Shown: in pieces, positions 30,656 through 40,026 of the stretch
Numbering within the stretch: the stretch's first letter is position 1
Layout: each line of letters starts with the position of its first letter
Assembly (NCBI GenBank): GCA_027021705.1
Contig: JALUTT010000120.1
Span: 1 to 64,000 of the forward strand
DNA: 64,000 bases
Source: Anaerolineae bacterium
Lineage (GTDB): Bacteria; Chloroflexota; Anaerolineae; S140-20
Direction of reading: 5' to 3'
Translations under genes and position numbers: made by a program
The notes under the pieces: generated by a model
The model's input: the letters and a program-made list of their open reading frames with translations, nothing else
Database searches by the model: none
Told to the model about the DNA's origin: nothing

Positions 30656-32245
30656 TCAGCCATCTTCTGGATGGTTGTCTCCCTCGTTGGTCTCCTCGCC
30701 GGAGGTTGCTGCGACCGCCGCCTCGGCAGCGGGAGCGCCCTCCCGAGTCTGAGCGGTTTTAACATCGGAAGGCTCCGTCGGTGCCTCGGTCGGCACCTCC
30801 TCGACGGCCTCCTGCTTCACCTCTTCGTCGGAGACCCCGGCCGGCTGCTGTTCCGCCTCCGGAGCTTCTTGCAGGGCTTCTTCGGGCATCCCCTCGCCGG
30901 GGGCTTCCTCGCCGGCCTCTTCGCCTTCCCCTTCCTCCTCGCCGGGGAGCGGCGGCGCTTCCCCTTTGACGATCTCCACGAGACGTTGCAGAGTCTTGTT
31001 GGTCATCAGCCGGATCGTGAGGGCCGAGATGCCCTCCTCGCTGGACAGATGGCGCCGCACTTCCGACTCGATGCCCGGGTAGCGGGCGCTGGTGGCGATG
31101 ATAGCATCCTCGATCTCCTCCTCGGTCACCGCCAACTGTTCGGCCTGGGCAAGGGTGCTGAGGACCAGTGCGAGACGGATCTGGCGTTCCGCCCGAGGAC
31201 GAAACTCCTCCCGCAGGGCTTCCTCCGTCTTGCCCTGAAGCCGAAGCCAGTCCTGGAAGGAGAGATGGTGCTCCTTCAATCGCTCCTCCAGCTCTTCGAC
31301 CAGGGCATCTATCTCCTCCTCCACCAGGACAGGGGGATAGCTAACCTGGGCGTGATCCAGCAGGGTCTCGATGGCTTGGTCCAGATAGCGCTCATCCACC
31401 TCCTGCTGAGCCTCTTCCCGAATCCTCTCCCGGATCGCTGCCCGCAGCTCCTCCAGCGAATCGTAATCCCCCACCGTCCGGGCCAGGTCATCGTCCAGGT
31501 CGGGCAGTTCTCGGTTCTGCAGGTCGGTCAGCCGGACGGTGAAGGTGGCTGTGCGCCCGGCCAGCTCCGGGTTGGGCTCGAAGGGGTCTGGGTAGGTCAG
31601 GGTGAAGCGCTTCTCATCGCCGACCTTCATCCCCACGATCTGCTCGGCGAAGCCGGGAGCAGGGAAGGTGGCATCGGCCTCCAGGACCAGGGAGAACTCC
31701 TCGTCCAGGAAGGGCTCTTCCTCCTCGCCTTCCAGGTGGGCCTCGATTTCCAACGAAGCCTGGTCTCCCAGCGCTGCTGGGCGATCGCCGGCAGGCGAGA
31801 GGATGGCGTAGTCCTGGCGGAGGGCCTCCAGTTCCGCCTCGACCTCCGCTTCATCCACCGTGACTTCCTCGTAGGGGAGGCGGAGGGAGCGGTAATCCCC
31901 CAGGTCCACGGTGGGGGGAAGGGGCACGCGAACTTTGTAGACCAGCGGATCGAGCTGCAGGTCCTCCAGTTTGACGGGGCGGAAGGGCTTGATCTCGTGG
32001 GAGTCAAGGGCCTCTTCGATCACCTCTTCGGCCAGGTCCTCGGCCACTTCGCTCAAGAGCGTCTCGCGTCCGAAGCGCTGAAGCACGACCCGGTAGGGAG
32101 CCCGGCCCCGCCGGAAGCCTGGGATGCTGACCTGCCGGGATATGCGGCGGGCGACCCTGCGCAGGGCCTTCTCTACCCGCTCCTGATCCACCTCAATGGT
32201 GAGGCGGACCTCGTGGCTGCCCAAATCTTCGACCGTAACGTTCAA
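30656..32245 (-). CDS. tig: Trigger factor with acidic C-terminal extension
   Basis: IPGFRRGRAP ribosome-binding loop, FKBP domain; TTG start after AGGAGG; tRNA-Leu-tig-clpP order. Confidence 0.93.
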   Translation of the reverse strand: MNVTVEDLGSHEVRLTIEVDQERVEKALRRVARRISRQVSIPGFRRGRAPYRVVLQRFGRETLLSEVAEDLAEEVIEEALDSHEIKPFRPVKLEDLQLDPLVYKVRVPLPPTVDLGDYRSLRLPYEEVTVDEAEVEAELEALRQDYAILSPAGDRPAALGDQASLEIEAHLEGEEEEPFLDEEFSLVLEADATFPAPGFAEQIVGMKVGDEKRFTLTYPDPFEPNPELAGRTATFTVRLTDLQNRELPDLDDDLARTVGDYDSLEELRAAIRERIREEAQQEVDERYLDQAIETLLDHAQVSYPPVLVEEEIDALVEELEERLKEHHLSFQDWLRLQGKTEEALREEFRPRAERQIRLALVLSTLAQAEQLAVTEEEIEDAIIATSARYPGIESEVRRHLSSEEGISALTIRLMTNKTLQRLVEIVKGEAPPLPGEEEGEGEEAGEEAPGEGMPEEALQEAPEAEQQPAGVSDEEVKQEAVEEVPTEAPTEPSDVKTAQTREGAPAAEAAVAATSGEETNEGDNHPEDG

Positions 32246-32374
32246 GGGACCTCCTGCTCTCGTTTTGTGGACTGTAGACCGCCGACCACCGGCATCAAGG
32301 GAAAAGGGAGCGGCGGTCGGCGGTCGGTCCTCGATAGTCATACAAAAAGGCCCTGTTGCCAGAGCCTGGCCAGG

Positions 32375-32457
32375 TGGGGAAGGCGGGACTCGAACCCGCA
32401 CGGGGGCTACCCACGTGATCCTAAGTCACGCTCGTCTGCCAGTTCCGACACTTCCCC
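32375..32457 (-). tRNA. tRNA-Leu (anticodon TAG)
   Basis: GGGGAAG/CTTCCCC acceptor stem, CGTGA-CTTAGGA-TCACG anticodon arm, long variable arm, GGTTCGAGTCC; CCA not fully encoded. Confidence 0.95.
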
Positions 32458-32468
32458 ACGCACCATCC

Positions 32469-32497
32469 ATTATACCGCTGTTGGCAGGGATTGACAA
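32469..32497 (-). promoter_or_regulatory. Promoter of tRNA-Leu/tig/clpP
   Basis: TTGTCA-17 bp-TATAAT on the minus strand. Confidence 0.75.
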
Positions 32498-32528
32498 GGC
32501 CGCCCCGCTTTTTCATCGCTCTATGGTC

Positions 32529-32623
32529 ACCCTCCCGCAGGTCCCGCGGTGCCCGGCGACAGCAAAGCTTATCGGTGGCTGCCTGCGACGCTCTCCAGGC
32601 CCTGGGGGAACCTGCGGGAGGGT
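32529..32623. repeat. MITE/REP-like element, family A
   Basis: Same IRs and interior as 2551-2646. Confidence 0.85.
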
Positions 32624-32715
32624 CCCCGGGTTGCTTGAAGTTTTGCCCAAACCATGCTATCATCGCTGGTGACGACCCGGACGGTTTTCCCCTCGGACCG
32701 AAGGAGACGTGGTCT

Positions 32716-35070
32716 ATGTCCTCGAAGAAGACGATCCGTGTGCTGATGCCCGACGGCGGCGTGCAGGTGATGGACCTGGAGGCCTATCTGCGTCGGGTGG
32801 TTCCCCAGGAGATGCCCGCAATCTGGCCGCTGGAAGCGCTGAAGGCCCAGGCCGTTGCCGCCCGCACCTACGCGATGGCCGCCATTGCGGCCCCACGCCA
32901 TTCGGAGCGTGGGGCCGACATCTGCACGACGACCCACTGCCAGGCCTGGGGCGCTGAGCCCCATCCCAACACCGATGCTGCCATCCAGGCCACCGCCGGC
33001 CAGTACCTCAAGTACGGCGAGCGCATCGCCACCGCCTACTTCAGCGCCTGGTGTCAGGGGCGCACCCGCACGCCGGGCCAGGCCGGCTGGACCCCCGACT
33101 CGGCTCCCTGGTGCCGCCCTGTTGATTGCCCCTGCGGTAGCCTCCGCTTCCACGAGACGACCCGCGAGTGGCTGGCCCGCCACTCCCACGGCGTCGGCCT
33201 CTGCCAGTACGGCACCCGCGAACTGGCCCGCCAGGGCAAGGATCACCGAGCCATCTTGCACCACTACTACACCGGCATTCTCATCGTCGGCTTGGAGGAG
33301 GCTGCTCCCACGCCGGCCCCCGGTCCTGCACCCTCTCTGGACGACCCTCGAGTCCTGCGCCGGCTCCAGGCCAAGCTGGCCTGGGAGGGCCGCTCCGACG
33401 AGGAGATCCGCGATCCCGCCGTCCTGGCCCAGGCTGCGCCCTTCCTGGGAGACTGGGGGGTGGAAGCGGATACCTACACCGTCCAGCCGGGCGACGCGCT
33501 GACGGCCATCGCCGGCCGCTTCTACGGCGATCAGAGCAAGTACCGGGCCATCCAGTACTTCAACGGGCTGGCGGCACCCAACGCCATCTGGGTGGGGCAG
33601 CGGTTGCGCATCCCCTGGCCGGGGAACGCTTCGACGCCCACGCCGCCGGTCGAGCCCCCCTCCGAGGCCCACGAGCCGGCCCAGCCCGCCCCCCCCGAAC
33701 CCGCCCCCGCGCCGACGGTGGACGTCACCGATCCGGCCCTGCTGCGCCGCATCCGGGCCTGGGCCGCCTTCATGGGACGGGCCGACCCCGACCTCTCCGA
33801 TCCCGAGCAGGTGGAACTGCTCAGCCGGGCGATGGGGACCTGGGGGGAGCGGGTTGCCCCCTACACCGTCCAGCCGGGCGACGCGCTGACGGCCATCGCC
33901 GGCCGCTTCTACGGTGACCAGTCCCGCTACTGGGTCATCCTTCACTTCAACGGGCTGGAGGACCCCAACGGCATCTGGGTCGGCCAGACGCTTCTCATCC
34001 CGGAGCCCCACAGCACGCCACCGCCCACCCCGGCGCCCACTCCCGGTCCGGCCCCGAAGCCGGCCCCCCAGCCTGAGCAGCCGCCGGCGCCGGAGCCGCC
34101 GGCACCGCCCGCACCGCCCGTCGTGGTCGAGGACACCCGCCGTCCCGTCGAGGATGCTGCCTTGCCCAAGGGGGAGTGCGCCTGGATCTTCGGCATCCAC
34201 GACCCCGGCTCCTGGCGGGACCTCTTCAAAGGCACCGGCAAGCGGGGGTGGGTGCTCTTCACCGAGCAGGTGGGGCACGATCCGGCCCAGGCGGCCGGCA
34301 ACACCCAGTACGCCGACTGGTCCGACGATGGCTTTGGCGTTCTGGTCCGGCTGAACAACGGTTACGGCGCGACGGGGACCATCCCCCTGCCCCAACGCTA
34401 CGGCGACTTCGCCAAAGCCTGTGCCGAGTGGGTGCGCAACTCCCGGGGCGCGCACATCTGGATCATCGGCAATGAGATGAACAACCCCCGCGAGTGGCCC
34501 CAGGGGCAGCCCATCACCCCGCAGCTTTACGCCCGCTGCTTCAACAAAGCCTACTGGGCCATCCACCAGGTCCAGCCCAACGCCATCGTCTGTCCGGGGG
34601 CGGTGGACCCCTACTACGGCCCTAGCTCCGACTGCGGCCTCTGGTTCCGACAGATGCTGGAGGCGATCCACCGGCTGGACGGCATCGTCCTGCACACCTA
34701 CACCCACGGGCCGGAGCCGGGCCTCATCACCAGCCCCAAGAAGTTCGACAACGATCCCTTGCGCTGGCAGTACTTCAACTTCTGGGCTTACCGGACCTTC
34801 ATGGCCTTCATCCCGGAGAAGTGGCGGGACGTACCCGTCTACATCACGGAGACGGACCAGGACGAGGCGTGGGTGGATGCCAACACGGGTTGGGTGCAGG
34901 CGGCCTACGCCGAGATCCACCGCTGGAACAGCACGCCCCACAACCAGCAGATCCACGCCTTGCTCCTCTACCGCTGGCCCCACCTGGACCGCTGGGGGTT
35001 CGAGCACAAGCGGGGAGTGCACGAGGACTTCAAGGCCGCGCTGAGGAACGACTACCGCTGGCGGCGGTGA
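32716..35070 (+). CDS. SpoIID/LytB domain + 2x LysM + glycoside-hydrolase-like domain protein
   Basis: VVPQEM...EALKAQAVAARTYA...HGVGLCQYG...ILHHYY; two YTVQPGDALTAIA LysM; C-terminal IGNEMN...ITET clan-A-like pair. Confidence 0.8.
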   Translation: MSSKKTIRVLMPDGGVQVMDLEAYLRRVVPQEMPAIWPLEALKAQAVAARTYAMAAIAAPRHSERGADICTTTHCQAWGAEPHPNTDAAIQATAGQYLKYGERIATAYFSAWCQGRTRTPGQAGWTPDSAPWCRPVDCPCGSLRFHETTREWLARHSHGVGLCQYGTRELARQGKDHRAILHHYYTGILIVGLEEAAPTPAPGPAPSLDDPRVLRRLQAKLAWEGRSDEEIRDPAVLAQAAPFLGDWGVEADTYTVQPGDALTAIAGRFYGDQSKYRAIQYFNGLAAPNAIWVGQRLRIPWPGNASTPTPPVEPPSEAHEPAQPAPPEPAPAPTVDVTDPALLRRIRAWAAFMGRADPDLSDPEQVELLSRAMGTWGERVAPYTVQPGDALTAIAGRFYGDQSRYWVILHFNGLEDPNGIWVGQTLLIPEPHSTPPPTPAPTPGPAPKPAPQPEQPPAPEPPAPPAPPVVVEDTRRPVEDAALPKGECAWIFGIHDPGSWRDLFKGTGKRGWVLFTEQVGHDPAQAAGNTQYADWSDDGFGVLVRLNNGYGATGTIPLPQRYGDFAKACAEWVRNSRGAHIWIIGNEMNNPREWPQGQPITPQLYARCFNKAYWAIHQVQPNAIVCPGAVDPYYGPSSDCGLWFRQMLEAIHRLDGIVLHTYTHGPEPGLITSPKKFDNDPLRWQYFNFWAYRTFMAFIPEKWRDVPVYITETDQDEAWVDANTGWVQAAYAEIHRWNSTPHNQQIHALLLYRWPHLDRWGFEHKRGVHEDFKAALRNDYRWRR

Positions 35071-35122
35071 GGGGCACCGGGTTCCGATCCACGGGGAGGA
35101 CGTTCAGAGGAGGGAGAGCCTT

Positions 35123-35713
35123 TTGGACGAACAAGCGCTGATCGCGGCGGCGCGGCGCGGCGATCTCCGGGCCTTCAACGAGCTGGTCCTGGCCTACCAG
35201 GACCGGGTCTACAACCTGGCCTACCGCATCCTGGGCGATCCCGACGCGGCAGCGGACGCCACCCAGGAGGCCTTCCTCTCCGCCTACCAGGGGCTGGACC
35301 GCTACCGGGGTGGCTCCTTCCGCTCCTGGTTGATGCGCATCGTGACCAACGCTTGCTACGACGAGCTGCGCCGTCGGAAGCGCCGGCCCGTGACCTCTCT
35401 GGAGGCGCTCACCGAGGCCGGCTCCTCTCCCCCCCCACCGACGAACACCCAGCCGGAGAGCCCCGAAGCCTACGCCGAACGCCAGGAACTCCACCGGCTG
35501 CTCGAAGCCGCCATCCAGACCCTGCCGCCCGATCAGCGCATCACCCTCGTCCTCTCCGACGTGGAGGGGCTGAGCTATCAGGAGATCGCCGAGATCACCG
35601 GCGTGGCCCTGGGGACGGTCAAGTCCCGTCTCAGCCGGGCCAGAGCCCGACTGCGTGACTACCTGCTGGCCCACAAGGAACTTTTGCCCACCCCCTATCG
35701 TCTAAAGACGTGA
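35123..35713 (+). CDS. ECF sigma factor
   Basis: DAADATQEAFL, FRSWLMRIVTN, GLSYQEIAE, GTVKSRLSRAR; TTG start. Confidence 0.92.
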   Translation: MDEQALIAAARRGDLRAFNELVLAYQDRVYNLAYRILGDPDAAADATQEAFLSAYQGLDRYRGGSFRSWLMRIVTNACYDELRRRKRRPVTSLEALTEAGSSPPPPTNTQPESPEAYAERQELHRLLEAAIQTLPPDQRITLVLSDVEGLSYQEIAEITGVALGTVKSRLSRARARLRDYLLAHKELLPTPYRLKT

Positions 35714-35746
35714 GGCCGATGAGCTGACCGGTGAGGTTCGATGCTT

Positions 35747-35868
35747 GTATCTATTCAACCTACCCTCCCGCAGGTCACCGGTCGAGGGCACTTTCAGCCC
35801 CGATGGGCTATTCGAAGCACGGTTTCGCGTCGGAAACACGCCTAACCTGCGGGAGGGTGAACAGTTAC
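35747..35868. repeat. 122-bp element, family B (same 13-bp IR, different interior)
   Basis: Near-identical inverted copies at 39817-39937 and 41051-41172. Confidence 0.9.
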
Positions 35869-35870
35869 CG

Positions 35871-36794
35871 ATGCTTCCCTTAATGCGTCCCTGGCGAAAA
35901 CGAGCGGCGGAGAGAGACGATGAACTCCTGTCCGCCTACCTGGACGGGATGCTCTCCGCCGAGGAACGGGCTGCCCTGGAGGCCCGACTGGAGGCGGAGC
36001 CGGCCCTGCGCCAGCGGCTGGAGGCCATGCGCCAGACGGTCGCCCTGCTCCGCCAACTGCCCCCGGTCCCCGCGCCGCGCAACTTCCTGCTGACGCCGGC
36101 GATGGTCCAACCTCGCCCCCGGCCCCGCCCCCGCCCCCGGACCTACCCCCTCCTCCGCTGGGCGACGGTGGTCGCCGCCTTCCTGTGGCTCCTGGTCGTG
36201 GGGGTGGACCTGGGGACGCGGACCCTGGGGCCGGTCCAGGCCCCCGTCGAGAGGGAGATGGCGCTGGGCCAGAAGGAAGTGGAGTCGGCACAACCCTTCC
36301 CCGCCGGGGAGGAGGTCGGCGCGGCCCCCGAAGCGACCGTGGTGATCGTCGAGAAGCTTGCCGAAAAGGCCGTCGTCAGCCCTTCTCCACCTGCCGCCGT
36401 CCCCACCGACCAAGAACCTTTGCCCAAGCAGGCCTTCGGTCCTGAGGGGGAGGAGCGGGCGACTGCCCTCCCTGAGGCGGAAGCGCCGGCGGAGATGCCG
36501 GGGCCGGCGACGGAGGTCCCGTCGGAGGCTTTCCCCTCCCCCCTTCCCACCCCATCGCCCGAGGCCCAGAAGGTGGCACCGACTCCCTCGCCGGCTCCCA
36601 CCGTGGTGGCCGCAGCGCCTCCGGCGGCCCCATCCCCGGCTCCCGTTGAGGGCAGCAGAGCGCCCCTGGTCCGCCGCCCCCTCTGGCGGGGGATGGAGAT
36701 CGGCCTGGGGCTCGCCGTCATCCTCCTCGCCATCGCCACCTGGTTCGTCCGGCGGCGGACAGGGGGCGAGCGCGAAACCCCGTCGAACCGCTAA
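35871..36794 (+). CDS. Anti-sigma factor (membrane-spanning)
   Basis: ELLSAYLDGML...ARLEAEP ASD-like N-terminus lacking zinc ligands, TM, Pro-rich linker, second TM; follows the ECF sigma. Confidence 0.85.
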   Translation: MLPLMRPWRKRAAERDDELLSAYLDGMLSAEERAALEARLEAEPALRQRLEAMRQTVALLRQLPPVPAPRNFLLTPAMVQPRPRPRPRPRTYPLLRWATVVAAFLWLLVVGVDLGTRTLGPVQAPVEREMALGQKEVESAQPFPAGEEVGAAPEATVVIVEKLAEKAVVSPSPPAAVPTDQEPLPKQAFGPEGEERATALPEAEAPAEMPGPATEVPSEAFPSPLPTPSPEAQKVAPTPSPAPTVVAAAPPAAPSPAPVEGSRAPLVRRPLWRGMEIGLGLAVILLAIATWFVRRRTGGERETPSNR

Positions 36795-36811
36795 CCCACC
36801 GGTGTACCACG

Positions 36812-37327
36812 ATGGCCGAGTCCCCGATGATGAACTACTGCCCGGTCTGTGCTCACCCTTTGGAAGACCGCGTCGTCTTCGGACGGGAGCGGCGCGTCTG
36901 TCCCGCCTGCGGCTTCATCTTCTTCCGAGACCGCAAGGTGGCCGCCGCCGTGCTGGTGGAGCAGGAGGGGCGCGTGCTGCTGGTCCGCCGAACGATGGAG
37001 CCCTTCCGGGGGCTCTGGACGATCCCGGCCGGCTTCGTCGAGTACGACGAGGCCCCCGATGAGGCAGCGGTTCGCGAGTGCCGGGAGGAAACCGGGCTGG
37101 AGGTTCGCATCACCGAACTGCTGGACGTCATCCACGGTCAGGAGCACCCCCGGGGAGCCGACCTGGTCATCGTCTACCGGGCGGAGATCGTGGGGGGCAC
37201 GCTGCGCCTCTCCGAGGAGAATGACGCTGTGGGCTTCTTCAGCCCCGACGAGCTCCCCCCGCTGGCCTTCAAGGCCACGCGCCGGGCGCTGAGCCACTGG
37301 CGCGGGAAACGGGGGGATGAGACATAG
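36812..37327 (+). CDS. NUDIX hydrolase with N-terminal zinc ribbon
   Basis: CPVC...CPAC; GFVEYDEAPDEAAVRECREETG Nudix box. Confidence 0.92.
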   Translation: MAESPMMNYCPVCAHPLEDRVVFGRERRVCPACGFIFFRDRKVAAAVLVEQEGRVLLVRRTMEPFRGLWTIPAGFVEYDEAPDEAAVRECREETGLEVRITELLDVIHGQEHPRGADLVIVYRAEIVGGTLRLSEENDAVGFFSPDELPPLAFKATRRALSHWRGKRGDET

Positions 37328-37377
37328 GGTGTGAAGCGTAGGGCATAGCACCAAAGCGTGAAAGGCGAACGGTCGGC

Positions 37378-37414
37378 CGGCGCACCGGAATCGAGTTCCG
37401 GCGCGCCGATTTTT
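37378..37414 (+). terminator. Intrinsic terminator
   Basis: CGGCGCACCGGAA/TTCCGGCGCGCCG stem followed by ATTTTT. Confidence 0.65.
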
Positions 37415-37470
37415 ACGCTCAGTTTATGGCAAGACGGCCTTCTTTCAGGTACAATGTTTAACGAAGTGTC

Positions 37471-37565
37471 TTCCTCTCGCAGTCACGCGGTGCCCGGTGA
37501 CGGCAATGGCTTGTCGGAAGCTGTCTATGACGCGCTCAGGCTGTGGGGGGAACCTGCGGAAGGGG
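37471..37565. repeat. Degenerate family A element
   Basis: Interior aligns with 32529-32623; IRs eroded. Confidence 0.75.
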
Positions 37566-37644
37566 CGGCGAGCTGATGGTCAGGCTCTCCTACCTCTGGG
37601 GATGGGGTCGTATTGGTGGTGAGGTCATAGGTGGAGTAGTGGAG

Positions 37645-37873
37645 AGTGCCCGGCACCCGTTAGGACGAGTGTGTAGCGGAGAGGCAGGATTCCGGGTGTC
37701 GGGCGAGGGGAATGGTGCCCGGCACCCACCATTGCGGGCTTGTGGCGGATGGGGGTGAGGTGTAGAGGCAAGGCTCTGGGTGTCGGGCACCGCATTAAAA
37801 GGCTCCTACCGAGCAGACGCGCGCTGGATCCTTGTGGGACAGTACCCGGCACCGATCCGAGGTGCCGGGTACT
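37645..37873. repeat. Cluster of GGTGCCCGGCACC-type REP palindromes
   Basis: Copies at ~37645, 37714 and 37779, plus an inverted pair at 37841-37873. Confidence 0.7.
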
Positions 37874-37882
37874 GCTTTGACC

Positions 37883-38034
37883 GGTGATGATCCACATCTG
37901 AGGGCAGGGAGGCTAGCTGCCCACGAAGGGGGCACGAATGCACGAAGGAGGAGCTGCCCCATTCGTGCATTCGTGAGAAATTCGTGGATGGCCTGCTGCG
38001 GCCCATTTCCTCGCCCACTTCTGGGGTAATTACC
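37883..38034. mobile_element. 152-bp MITE-like element, family C (second copy)
   Basis: Colinear with 6351-6502; same length. Confidence 0.8.
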
Positions 38035-38134
38035 ACTTCTGAGGGGGTGGGCAACGGTGCTCCGCCGTGGTATAATCTTTCGCTACGTATCCCTCTCGCG
38101 CATCACTCCCACGTACACACCCCGGAGGTGCACG

Positions 38135-39787
38135 ATGCACAAAGGCCGAACGCGATGGATCCTCCCCTTTACTCTCGTCCTTCTCATCGCCCTGCTCTTG
38201 GCTGCCTGCGGTCCCAAGGCGACCCCCACCCTGCCGCCAACCCAGCCGGCCGAGGAGCAGAAGCCGGCGCCCACCCAGCCGCCGGCTGCCGAGGAGGACC
38301 GAACCCTGGTGATCGCCCGCAACCTGGACGACCTGATCACCCTCGACCCCGGTCAGGCTTACGAGCACACCAACCTGCTCATCCATCGGGCCACTTACGA
38401 GACCCTGGTGGAGTTCTCAGCCGACGACCTGGGAACCCCCAAACCCCGCCTGGCCGAACGGTGGGAGGTCTCCGATGATGGCTTGACCTACACCTTCTAC
38501 CTGCGCCCAGATGCCGTCTTCGCCTCCGGCAATCCGGTCACCGCCCAGGACGTCGTCTTCTCCTGGAACCGCCTGAAGAACCTGAAGGGCAATCCCGCCT
38601 TCTACGCCGATCCCATCGCCTCCGTGGAGGCGGTGGACGACCACACGGTCAAGGTCGTCCTCAGCGAGCCGGCCACCGCCTTCCTCTCCATCCTGGCTGC
38701 CCCCGCGATGAGCGTCCTCGACAGCCAGGTCGTCAAAGAACAGGGCGGCACTGACGCCGAGGATGCCGACAAGACCGACCAGGCCAAGGATTGGCTGGAC
38801 CAGCACTCGGCCGGCTCCGGCCCCTACGTCCTCACCCGCTGGGAGCCCAAGGCCGAGGTCGTCCTGGAGGCCAACCCCAACTACTACGGCACCAAGCCCT
38901 ACTTCCAGCGCATCATCCTCAAGCACGTCTCCGACGCTGCTACCCAGCTCCAGCTCGTCCAGAAGGGGGACGTGGATGTGGTGATGGACCTGGACCGGGA
39001 CCTGGCCGACCAGGTAAAGCAGGACCCCAACCTCCAGTTGATTGAAGGACAGACCCTGAACATCGTCTACCTGGCCCTCTCCCCTGACGAGGAGTTGGGC
39101 GGCCCTCTGGCCGATGTCCGGGTTCGGCAGGCCATCGCCTACGCCATAGACTACGAGGGGCTGATCGAAGGGCTCCTGCGGGGGTACGCGGCCCATCCGC
39201 CGACCGTCATCCCCCTGGGCGTTCCCGGCGTGGACGCGGCCAAGGCCCCGCAGCGGGACCTGGAGAAGGCCAAGGAGTTGCTGGCCCAGGCGGGCGCGGA
39301 GAACCTCAAACTCTCCCTCGCCTTCCCCACCGGCCTGGTCCAGGGCGTCCAGGGCGAGACGCTGGCGGCCAAGGTGCAGGCCGACCTGGCCGAGGCCGGC
39401 ATCCAGGTGGACCTCCAGCCGATGGAACGCTCCGTCTTCTACACCGACTTCCGGGCCCAGAAGCTCCCCTTCCTCATCAGCGTCTGGACGCCGGACTACG
39501 TGGACGTGACGATGTGGACCGACTACTTCGCCCAGGAGGGGCGGGGGGTGGCCAACCGGATCAAGTACGCCAGCGCCAAGGCCACCGAGATCGCCAAGGC
39601 CATCGCCGTGGAGCAGGACCCGGCCAAGCGCCAGGCGATGACGGCCCAGTTGGTGGACCAACTGCTGGAGGAGATGCCCTACGTGATGCTCTTCCAGCCC
39701 CAGTCCCTCAACGTCGTCCGGGCCGGCATTCAGGGCTACCAGTTCCACCCCGTCTACTTCCTGGACGTGGCTGCTCTCTCCCGCTAA
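38135..39787 (+). CDS. Peptide/nickel ABC transporter substrate-binding lipoprotein (family 5)
   Basis: LAAC lipobox; TLDP, LAERWEVSDDGLTYTFYLR, GSGPY, VRQAIAYAID; TGGTATAAT at 38068. Confidence 0.93.
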   Translation: MHKGRTRWILPFTLVLLIALLLAACGPKATPTLPPTQPAEEQKPAPTQPPAAEEDRTLVIARNLDDLITLDPGQAYEHTNLLIHRATYETLVEFSADDLGTPKPRLAERWEVSDDGLTYTFYLRPDAVFASGNPVTAQDVVFSWNRLKNLKGNPAFYADPIASVEAVDDHTVKVVLSEPATAFLSILAAPAMSVLDSQVVKEQGGTDAEDADKTDQAKDWLDQHSAGSGPYVLTRWEPKAEVVLEANPNYYGTKPYFQRIILKHVSDAATQLQLVQKGDVDVVMDLDRDLADQVKQDPNLQLIEGQTLNIVYLALSPDEELGGPLADVRVRQAIAYAIDYEGLIEGLLRGYAAHPPTVIPLGVPGVDAAKAPQRDLEKAKELLAQAGAENLKLSLAFPTGLVQGVQGETLAAKVQADLAEAGIQVDLQPMERSVFYTDFRAQKLPFLISVWTPDYVDVTMWTDYFAQEGRGVANRIKYASAKATEIAKAIAVEQDPAKRQAMTAQLVDQLLEEMPYVMLFQPQSLNVVRAGIQGYQFHPVYFLDVAALSR

Positions 39788-39816
39788 GGGGGGAACCGGG
39801 GCAGTCGGCCCGTTGA

Positions 39817-39937
39817 CCAACTTTCACCCTCCCGCAGGTTGGGCGCGTTTCCGGCACAAAACCGCGCTTCAAATAGCCCATCGGGGCTGAAAGCGTCCTC
39901 GACCGGTGACCTGCGGGAGGGTAGGCTGAGTAGATAC
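39817..39937. repeat. Family B element (inverted)
   Basis: Reverse complement of 35747-35868. Confidence 0.88.
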
Positions 39938-40026
39938 GACAGACGAACCTCGCCGTGGACGGTGCCCGGTAGTGCGTCGGGTGCCGTCCACCCACCGCCT
40001 GCAACACGCGACGCGCAACACGCCCG

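Noticed and set aside
32340..32460. tRNA-Leu as an island integration site
   Set aside because: No integrase or duplicated tRNA 3' end seen; tig follows directly.
30056..35022. Very long antisense ORFs (30056-32494, 32569-35022; also 14014-16026, 59804-62350)
   Set aside because: Shadows of real genes in high-GC DNA; no motifs.
37645..37873. Regularly spaced palindromes as a CRISPR array
   Set aside because: The shared unit is only ~13 bp and degenerate, and no cas genes are present; fits REP elements.
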